IMG/VR virus record: IMGVR_UViG_3300035701_000006
Location: 71,267 to 135,266 of that record
Direction: 5' to 3' (one strand)
Length of the DNA: 64,000 bases
DNA from: a virus
Lineage: Duplodnaviria; Heunggongvirae; Uroviricota; Caudoviricetes
Under the pieces are notes generated by a model. That model was not told the DNA's origin and ran no database searches. It saw nothing but the letters and a program-made list of their open reading frames with translations. Made by a program: the position numbers and the translations under genes. How positions within the stretch are numbered: position 1 is the first letter of the stretch; each line of letters starts with the position of its first letter. Shown piece by piece: positions 48,784 through 54,551 of this stretch.

Positions 48784-48860
48784 TGGTTGCGGGAGTGGGA
48801 ATCGGACCCACCACAGGAAGGTTATGAGCCTTCCCAGCCCACCAGGGTTATTCCCCGCGA
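48784..48860 (-). tRNA. tRNA-like with Met-type anticodon loop CUCAUAA, imperfect acceptor (possible pseudo-tRNA)
   Basis: anticodon stem GAAGG/CCTTC, T arm GTGGG-TCCGATT-CCCAC, CCA present, but acceptor strands do not pair cleanly. Confidence 0.35.
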
Positions 48861-48870
48861 TTTTCATAAT

Positions 48871-48996
48871 GGGGCAATTGGCGAACAAGGATCTTTTAGC
48901 GTGCTGCTGTTACACTACTGACGGCTTTCGCCGTCAGCCGGGAGTTGCACCCGGACCACTCACTTTGCAGGTGAAGGAACCTCGTTCTGCAGCCCC
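48871..48996 (-). ncRNA. structured RNA unit b: permuted tRNA-Cys-like core inside conserved terminal helix
   Basis: between the terminal motifs: anticodon arm UUCAC-CUGCAAA-GUGAG, T arm CCGGG-UGCAACU-CCCGG, acceptor strands CUGACGG and CCGUCAG joined by a GAAA tetraloop, then D arm GUGU-AACAGCA-GCAC. Confidence 0.55.
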
Positions 48997-49004
48997 GAAA
49001 TATT

Positions 49005-49083
49005 TGGTCTGGGTGACTGGATTCGGACCAGCGGCCTCCTGACCCCCAGTCAGGCGCTCTAAGCCAGGCTGAGCTACACCCAG
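49005..49083 (-). tRNA. tRNA-Pro (GGG)
   Basis: acceptor CTGGGTG/CACCCAG, D GCTC/GAGC, anticodon stem CCTGA/TCAGG, loop CTGGGGG, T arm GCTGG-TCCGAAT-CCAGT, CCA. Confidence 0.65.
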
Positions 49084-49095
49084 ATAAATGTCAAG

Positions 49096-49168
49096 TCCCG
49101 GCGGGAGGTGCTGCCCCTCCACCCTCGGCTTCAAAGGCCGGTGTCCAGAGCTGCTAGACAACGCCGGG
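49096..49168 (-). tRNA. tRNA-like, possible Gln (UUG), atypical T loop, no CCA
   Basis: acceptor CCCGGCG/CGCCGGG, anticodon stem CGGC/GCCG, loop CTTTGAA, T arm GGAGG-GGCAGCA-CCTCC; strand assignment ambiguous. Confidence 0.3.
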
Positions 49169-49169
49169 T

Positions 49170-49253
49170 TGGTCCCGTGGGCTGGAATTGCACCAGCACG
49201 GTCAGAGACGCCAGATTTACAGTCTGGTGGGCCGCTATTTGCCCAACCACGGG
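49170..49253 (-). tRNA. tRNA-Tyr (GUA), type II
   Basis: acceptor CCCGTGG/CCACGGG, D GGGC/GCCC, anticodon stem CCAGA/TCTGG, loop CTGTAAA, long variable arm, T arm GCTGG-TGCAATT-CCAGC, CCA. Confidence 0.7.
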
Positions 49254-49258
49254 AATAT

Positions 49259-49335
49259 TGGTGGACCCGACCGGCCTCGAACCGGCGAACCTCCTGCTTG
49301 CAAAGCAGGCGCTCTCCCAACTGAGCTACGGGCCC
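49259..49335 (-). tRNA. tRNA-Ala (UGC)
   Basis: acceptor GGGCCCG/CGGGTCC with G3-U70, D GCTC/GAGC, anticodon stem CCTGC/GCAGG, loop TTTGCAA, CCA. Confidence 0.65.
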
Positions 49336-49344
49336 TTGATTTTC

Positions 49345-49419
49345 TGGTGGAGACGCCGGGGGTCGAACCCGGATCTGCTGGTTGCGGACCAGCCATGTTA
49401 CCATTGTCACCACGTCCCC
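49345..49419 (-). tRNA. tRNA-Ala (CGC)
   Basis: acceptor GGGGACG/CGTCTCC with G3-U70, anticodon stem GCTGG/CCAGC, loop TCCGCAA (C33), T arm CCGGG-TTCGACC-CCCGG, CCA. Confidence 0.5.
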
Positions 49420-49420
49420 G

Positions 49421-49493
49421 TGGAGCTGGCGGGATTCGGACCCGCTGCCTGCTGCATGCCGAGCAGCCGCTCTGCCAAATGAGCTACAGCCCC
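49421..49493 (-). tRNA. tRNA-Ala (GGC), CCA not encoded
   Basis: acceptor GGGGCTG/CAGCTCC with G3-U70, D GCTC/GAGC, anticodon stem GCTGC/GCAGC, loop TCGGCAT, T arm GCGGG-TCCGAAT-CCCGC. Confidence 0.55.
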
Positions 49494-49595
49494 AGTTCCC
49501 CAGTCTGCATTTCTACAAACTGGGGTCCGTAGAGTCACCGCGTTGGAACCCCACGGTCCTCCTTTCCGCTCCCAATGGGAGCAAGGGGTGAAGAT

Positions 49596-49671
49596 TGGTG
49601 GGCAGTAGTGGAGTCGGACCACTCTCTCCCGCTCTTCAGGCGGGCGCCTCGACCGCGATGGCTTACTGCCC
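49596..49671 (-). tRNA. tRNA-Phe (GAA)
   Basis: acceptor GGGCAGT/ACTGCCC, anticodon stem CCCGC/GCGGG, loop CTGAAGA, T arm AGTGG-TCCGACT-CCACT, CCA. Confidence 0.6.
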
Positions 49672-49916
49672 GCTATTTCTGCTGGGCTTTTGCCCAGGTC
49701 GTTGTTGGACATGCTCGTCGGAAATTCCACCCCTGGTCGTCCCGACCTCGGACGACCGTCTGGATGCCACGGCTGCCTGGGGACTGATTTTCCGACGAGC
49801 TGTATCACCACCGCGCCGCAGCTCATAAATTCCTTACGCTCACGTCTCGTTCATATTTCTTCCATAGCATTTTCGCGCTAAATGCTACGGGTTGGTGGTA
49901 TGGTGAGGGCAATTCG

Positions 49917-50037
49917 AGACCAAGGATATTGTCGCGATTTCACCAGCGCCCCCGTTGGGTCGAACCGGTCCGCGACGTACCGGCACGGGGTCAGGAATCG
50001 AACCTGTTGACCATGAAGTAACCTCGGTCAGCAGCCC
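49917..50037 (-). ncRNA. structured RNA unit c of conserved-terminal-helix family (degenerate tRNA-like core)
   Basis: 5' GGGCUGCUGACCGAGGUUACUUC pairs with 3' CCUUGGUCUCGAAUUGCCC; internal T-loop-like UUCGAUU and UUCGACC elements. Confidence 0.5.
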
Positions 50038-50213
50038 TCAAGATTTCTTACGCCGGAAATAACGGTGTTTGTGGACCGAATGCGCTGGCGTGTATCCGAT
50101 GCTCAGAGCTTTGTGATGTTTCGGAGGGTCGCCTGGCGGGTCGCTGCCGTAGAAGACGTCTCCTTTCTTGATGATCTCGTTTGGTCTCAGTTTGCGCCAG
50201 CCTTTTCTGGTCT

Positions 50214-51086
50214 TCATACCGTGGGGAAGTCGAATACCTGTCCGCGCTGGACGAAACCGAGGAAGCCGTCGGCCTTCGGGTCCTGGGGTGGCTTCGGCTG
50301 GTAGTGGTACAGCCACATCTTCTTCTTGATGTCGGTAGGAAGCGTCTTGAGATCGTCGTAATGCGCGTGGACCTTGGAGTAATAGGGCGCAGTCTCGCAG
50401 TCGTGGAAGATCAGGTCAGCTGACTGGTAGAACTTCGTGATCTGGTTCGGACAGAACTGCGTATCCGTCGTGAAGAAGATCCGGGGGCCCTTCGCTATGA
50501 AAGGGTCACTGCTCTGGCTCCCCGCCTGTCCTGGCAAGCCAGATATGATCTGCGCCCTGACGCTGGGCGGGCGACGGATCATGCTGGTGCACTGCTGGAT
50601 CATGAGCCCGTAGCTGTGCGTGATCTTGAAGCCGCTCATGATGTGTACTGTCTGGACCGGCGTGAAGGAAATGTCCTCCCAGAAGAAACTGTTGTTGATG
50701 GGTACCGGCTGGCACTCGAAGTAGTCGGTGATGTTCATCACCTTCTCTTCTAGGCTCTCGAGCCCGCCGCACAGGCTGTGCTCCCAAAGCTCCTTCATGA
50801 GCTCCGGGACGCAGAACAGGAGAGGCCTCGGGTCGCCAGGCTTCTTGGTGAAGTAGCGGACGAACGCCAGGTACTCCATCCCGCCGATGTGGTCCGCGTG
50901 AAGGTGCGAGATGTAGGCGGCGTCGATGTTCCGCGCATCCAACCCCAGCTTGCCCAGGGCGAACCGAATGTCGCTCCCGCAGTCGATGAGAAGCCTCTTG
51001 CCCGAGGCGGCCTGCACGATTGCGTTGGATTGGAAGTATTCTTCCGTCGTGAACGCGCTGCCACATCCCGCAAAGATGAGCTTCAT
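50214..51086 (-). CDS. MBL-fold metallo-hydrolase (RNase Z/ElaC-like candidate)
   Basis: ISHLHADHIGG (HxHxDH zinc motif), 290 aa, within tRNA island. Confidence 0.6.
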   Translation of the reverse strand: MKLIFAGCGSAFTTEEYFQSNAIVQAASGKRLLIDCGSDIRFALGKLGLDARNIDAAYISHLHADHIGGMEYLAFVRYFTKKPGDPRPLLFCVPELMKELWEHSLCGGLESLEEKVMNITDYFECQPVPINNSFFWEDISFTPVQTVHIMSGFKITHSYGLMIQQCTSMIRRPPSVRAQIISGLPGQAGSQSSDPFIAKGPRIFFTTDTQFCPNQITKFYQSADLIFHDCETAPYYSKVHAHYDDLKTLPTDIKKKMWLYHYQPKPPQDPKADGFLGFVQRGQVFDFPTV

Positions 51087-51165
51087 CTGTGATACCTCCG
51101 CCGCTTAAATACCACGAGCTATCGTTCGGGTCAATTCCCTCTTAATCGAGAGAAGTTGTTGTTGG

Positions 51166-51262
51166 ACATGCCGGGCGCTCTGCCATTGAGCTACCGCCGG
51201 ACTAAGCGTCCTTGTCAGGGCGCTTAGTCCGGTAGACAGGATTCGGACCTGTATCTCCCAGC
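51166..51262 (-). other. split or permuted tRNA-like fragment pair joined by a 12-bp hairpin
   Basis: minus RNA: anticodon-3' CUGGG, T arm ACAGG-UCCGAAU-CCUGU, then hairpin CCGGACUAAGCG...CGCUUAGUCCGG, then 5'-half CGG-UA-GCUC-AAUGGCA-GAGC-G-CCCGG. Confidence 0.4.
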
Positions 51263-51285
51263 TGTATCACCCCTCAGGAGCCCCT

Positions 51286-51316
51286 AAAAAGGCGCTGTTC
51301 ATTCAGCGCCTTTTGC
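51286..51316 (-). terminator. rho-independent terminator candidate after tRNA-Gln
   Basis: stem GGCGCUG/CAGCGCC with 7-nt loop followed by UUUUU on the minus strand (also T-run on plus strand). Confidence 0.5.
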
Positions 51317-51340
51317 GGGGCTCCTTTGGCGGCAAAGGAA

Positions 51341-51414
51341 TGGCTCCCCCGGGAGGATTCGCACCTCCGTCTCCTGATTCAGAGTCAGGTGTCCTACTAC
51401 TGAACGACAGGGGA
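51341..51414 (-). tRNA. tRNA-Gln (CUG)
   Basis: acceptor TCCCCTG/CGGGGGA with U1-A72, D GTTC/GGAC, anticodon stem CCTGA/TCAGG, loop CTCTGAA, T arm GGAGG-TGCGAAT-CCTCC, CCA. Confidence 0.65.
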
Positions 51415-51415
51415 A

Positions 51416-51489
51416 TGGCGGTGCCAACGGGAGTCGCACCCGTGACCTCTGCTCGACAGGCAGACGTGATCCTGTTTCACCATGGCACC
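51416..51489 (-). tRNA. tRNA-Asp (GUC)
   Basis: acceptor GGTGCCA/TGGCACC, D GTGA/TCAC, anticodon stem TCTGC/GCAGA, loop CTGTCGA, T arm ACGGG-TGCGACT-CCCGT, CCA. Confidence 0.65.
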
Positions 51490-52133
51490 TATTTGATCTT
51501 GTCCCATCTTTCGGCGGTTTCAGGCTTTATAGTGACAGAGCTCTTGTTGTTCTTTATTTCTTCGCGGGAGAAAACGTAAGCAATGTCCGTGAAAAGGTCG
51601 TATCCAACCATAAAATCAAAGTCTCCATCGTCATAACGTTTAAGGCTGCCTCTGCCATCTGAACATCTTAGCCTTATGAATGGGAGACCATACCTTTTAT
51701 CCTCGCTAGCCCATCTTACCTGTAGCTTTATTAGTTTGTTGCGTCTGATAATTAAGTCCAAACTTTCGTCGTCGAAAGCTGGTTCATAAACCTCGAATCC
51801 GTAAAGTGCGAGCCTGAATAGTACCGCTGCCTCAGCTATGCGGCCCTTTCTCTCGTTTGTCAATGGTTGATCTATGAAGAACTTGGACCGATTTCCTCGA
51901 TCCTTTGGGTGGTTCTTTTTACCACTAGCGGTGCCGCCGTCTTTGACTGCTTTGAGCTGTTCTTCCTTCGTTAACGGGTGATTTCGCAGCCACTTTATGG
52001 CTGTACCGTTGGACACTCCAAGCAATCGTGCGATTGTCTTGGTTGGCAGCCGTCCATTTTCTCTGAGTCGGATAGCGGATTCTTTCATATCGACCCCCTT
52101 TCTACGCTTATTTTTGCGTAGAAAGGGGGTCAA
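51489..52133 (-). CDS. HTH-domain protein with possible PD-(D/E)xK-like nuclease C-terminus
   Basis: TIARLLGVSNGTAIKWL HTH; FDDESLDLII...KLQVR acidic/Lys motif; 10-bp hairpin immediately upstream of start. Confidence 0.35.
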   Translation of the reverse strand: MTPFLRKNKRRKGVDMKESAIRLRENGRLPTKTIARLLGVSNGTAIKWLRNHPLTKEEQLKAVKDGGTASGKKNHPKDRGNRSKFFIDQPLTNERKGRIAEAAVLFRLALYGFEVYEPAFDDESLDLIIRRNKLIKLQVRWASEDKRYGLPFIRLRCSDGRGSLKRYDDGDFDFMVGYDLFTDIAYVFSREEIKNNKSSVTIKPETAERWDKIK

Positions 52134-52137
52134 GTAT

Positions 52138-52216
52138 GGGGCAATTGGCGATCAAGGAGACTGGCCTTTCGGCCGTTCATTGCCAAAGAATGAAGTAACC
52201 TCGATCTAGCAGCCCC
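52138..52216 (-). ncRNA. structured RNA unit d (minimal: anticodon-arm-like hairpin plus GNRA hairpin inside conserved terminal helix)
   Basis: 5' GGGGCUGCUAGAUCGAGGUUACUUC, hairpin UUCAUU-CUUUGGC-AAUGAA, GGCC-GAAA-GGCC, 3' CCUUGAUCGCCAAUUGCCCC. Confidence 0.5.
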
Positions 52217-52261
52217 AATATTTGTGGGAGCGCGTCTCCGCGCTCAACCGAATGTAGGTGA

Positions 52262-52388
52262 GGGCAATTGGCGAACAAGGCTCCTGTTTGGTGCTCTACC
52301 AATTGAGCTACCGGGCCGTAGTGGCCCAGGTGGGACTCGAACCCACAACCACCCGATTATGATTCGAAGTAACCTCGTTCTGCAGCCC
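52262..52388 (-). ncRNA. structured RNA unit e: permuted tRNA-Met-like core inside conserved terminal helix
   Basis: anticodon arm UUCGA-AUCAUAA-UCGGG, T arm GUGGG-UUCGAGU-CCCAC, acceptor strands CUGGGCC and GGCCCGG joined by a 5-nt loop, D arm GCUC-AAUUGGUA-GAGC, all between the two conserved terminal motifs. Confidence 0.55.
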
Positions 52389-52394
52389 TCAATT

Positions 52395-52468
52395 TGGCGG
52401 GCTCGGGAGGTTACGCTCCTCCGCTGCCGGTTTTGGAAACCAGCCGACTGCTGTTATCTTACGAGCCC
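52395..52468 (-). tRNA. tRNA-like with atypical T loop (AGCGUAA) and 9-nt anticodon loop containing CCA
   Basis: acceptor GGGCTCG/CGAGCCC, T stem GGAGG/CCTCC, G73, CCA. Confidence 0.3.
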
Positions 52469-52584
52469 GAGCACCATGCCGGTATTGCTCCGGCTCCTCC
52501 ACGTTGGGAACGTGGCGTCCCACTTTTAGACGAATGGTGCGAATGTTTCTGATTCTCAAAGATACTGAAATAAAGGAGAGACCC

Positions 52585-52998
52585 ATGGCGTTCGAGCAGA
52601 GGCTTGACGAGGCTCTCGGCATCCAGACTGAGGGCTGGAAGCAGAATCTCGGAATCGCAGGGATGGGTCTCGCAGCCGCCGCTGGTTATGGGAAAGGTCC
52701 CGTCGGAAAAGCAACAGCTCCGATGATTATGCCTCCAGCAATCCAGCAAGTTGAAAAGAAGGAATTTACCATTGAGGTCGATGGGAACGAAAAGAAGGTT
52801 AGCAAAAATGAGGCCGATACGCTCGTGAAGAAAGGCGTCAAGTTTATTGTCAAGGACGCTCCGAACATGCCGACTGCTGGAGGCCTAGCCGGCGCGACAT
52901 TCACGCTAGAAGACCCTCAGATCAATTCCACCCAGGATTGGCTCGAATTCAACCAGGGGCAGTATCCTTCCACAGGCGCTGGCATCTCTGAGAAGTGA
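52585..52998 (+). CDS. hypothetical protein
   Basis: AAGGAGAG Shine-Dalgarno before ATG (MAFEQRLDEALG). Confidence 0.4.
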   Translation: MAFEQRLDEALGIQTEGWKQNLGIAGMGLAAAAGYGKGPVGKATAPMIMPPAIQQVEKKEFTIEVDGNEKKVSKNEADTLVKKGVKFIVKDAPNMPTAGGLAGATFTLEDPQINSTQDWLEFNQGQYPSTGAGISEK

Positions 52999-52999
52999 T

Positions 53000-53073
53000 T
53001 GGAGCGGCCGACCGGAATCGCACCGGCATTCCCAGTTTGGAAAACTGGCGTCTTACTGTTGGACGACGGCCGC
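53000..53073 (-). tRNA. tRNA-Gly (UCC)
   Basis: acceptor GCGGCCG/CGGCCGC, anticodon stem CCAGT/ACTGG, loop TTTCCAA, T arm GCCGG-TGCGATT-CCGGT, U73, CCA. Confidence 0.65.
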
Positions 53074-53236
53074 AAGTTCTTGCCAATTCTCTTTCGAAAT
53101 GCACAAAACGCAGGGCGGGGGCCACCGTTTGGCCCCCGCCCGTTGTTGGCTGCTTACTTACTCGTCCCGGGTTGTCAGAGATCAGGTTGGCCGCATGCCC
53201 ATATGGACAGGGCGGACATCCACGGCCCCAAATAAC

Positions 53237-53277
53237 ACCAAGGCCCCGCGAACTTCCGCGGGGCCTTGGTGTTACTT
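53237..53277. terminator. long perfect hairpin, bidirectional terminator candidate
   Basis: 17-bp stem AACACCAAGGCCCCGCG / CGCGGGGCCTTGGTGTT with AACTT loop. Confidence 0.45.
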
Positions 53278-53568
53278 CTATGTGCCCCGCTTTCATGGCC
53301 CCTTATTGTCGAAGCTAAGTGCCGTACCTTCGACAACGCGGGGCGAACACGGCTGCTCGATATATGAGTGCAACCGTGCCCTTAAGGCTTGTTTCAGTCG
53401 CCACATTGTAGATCTGGTAGTCACAGTAGGCTCGCTTCCTTGACGAATCCTCTGACGCTACTTTTGCCTGACTGGCGCATTTTAACAGATGTGCGTCAGT
53501 CTGTCAAGTATTTGCATTAGCGATCCTCGCAGTCGTCGCGAGACTAAGACGGCTGCAAATATACGCTT

Positions 53569-53955
53569 ATGAAGTTCGAAGACATTCTCGGCAGGATCTT
53601 GAAAGAGGAAGACGCCCCCATGGCGTCTATCCCGACGCAATTCCAAACCAAGGATGTCCAAGCATCTTACCACGGACATGGTGCGACGAGCGTCAGCAAG
53701 GTTAATGTCTGGTGGAACCTCGAGATCGACCCAAGGCCCTGGGGCCTCAAGGACATCACCATCACCCTTTCCGCCCTGTCCGGCATCAGAGATACTGAGA
53801 CGGAAGAAGGAAAAGTAGGAGAGCCGATATCCTGGGACGTTCAGGATTACAAAGTTGAAATAACGTTTATGGAAGGCTCCGGTCTAGCTCCCACCATGGT
53901 AGATATAGACGACGTGCGGAGGACCATAGAGGTTACTTTCGGATTCGGCCCGTAG
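53569..53955 (+). CDS. small hypothetical protein
   Basis: 128-aa ORF. Confidence 0.35.
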   Translation: MKFEDILGRILKEEDAPMASIPTQFQTKDVQASYHGHGATSVSKVNVWWNLEIDPRPWGLKDITITLSALSGIRDTETEEGKVGEPISWDVQDYKVEITFMEGSGLAPTMVDIDDVRRTIEVTFGFGP

Positions 53956-53979
53956 CAAATCTACCGTAGTGAGGATACT

Positions 53980-54225
53980 ATGAAACTGAGCAGGCTCCAC
54001 GAAGATAAAGATCTCACCCCAGGCGGCTCCAAGGAGTATTCTGCCACGGAAGCCGCTGTCTATCCGAAGCATACAGCTTCGGGCCCTGGCGTGAAAGCGC
54101 CGCCCAAGGGCGACGTGAGTCAGATCGTGGACGTCGGGTCTCCAGGCTACTCGACAGATACTCTCATCCCAAGCCAGATCCATCGCAAGGGTCAAAAGCC
54201 GAAGGTCGATAGGCTGAAGATCTAG
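53980..54225 (+). CDS. small hypothetical protein (MKLSRLHED N-terminus)
   Basis: paralogous N-terminus to the next ORF. Confidence 0.35.
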   Translation: MKLSRLHEDKDLTPGGSKEYSATEAAVYPKHTASGPGVKAPPKGDVSQIVDVGSPGYSTDTLIPSQIHRKGQKPKVDRLKI

Positions 54226-54276
54226 CCCGCCCACCCCGCCGAAGTAAAAATATCTTAGCATGTATGGGAGTAGCCT

Positions 54277-54543
54277 ATGAAGTTACAAAGGCTGTACGAA
54301 GACGAGCTGCAGACGCAGGCACCTCAGATCCGATCCGATGTAGATATCTCGATGGAAAAGGCTGTCATAGCTTATGATGTGACGAAAATAGGAAGCCGGC
54401 TAAGAATGGCTTCTAGCGTCGCGGGGCAGGAAGCTCAGAAGGCCGGTGACAGTCCCATAGCCCATGGCCGTCGTGGGTGGTCAATGAAGGCGTCTTTCCT
54501 CGCAAAAAAGGCGGATGACCTCGCGACCGACATCATGTTGTAG
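54277..54543 (+). CDS. small hypothetical protein (MKLQRLYED N-terminus)
   Basis: paralogous N-terminus to the previous ORF. Confidence 0.35.
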   Translation: MKLQRLYEDELQTQAPQIRSDVDISMEKAVIAYDVTKIGSRLRMASSVAGQEAQKAGDSPIAHGRRGWSMKASFLAKKADDLATDIML

Positions 54544-54551
54544 ATAACATA

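Noticed and set aside
49501-49590. tRNA-like segment beginning tggggtccgtagagtc on the minus strand
   Set aside because: It has a T-loop-like GGUUCCAA and hairpins but no pairing acceptor strands. It may be a degraded tRNA remnant.
48671-52388. CRISPR array interpretation of the repeated about 24-nt motifs
   Set aside because: The motifs occur as two different complementary partners with irregular spacing, each forming a helix with its mate. There are no uniform repeat-spacer units and no cas genes.
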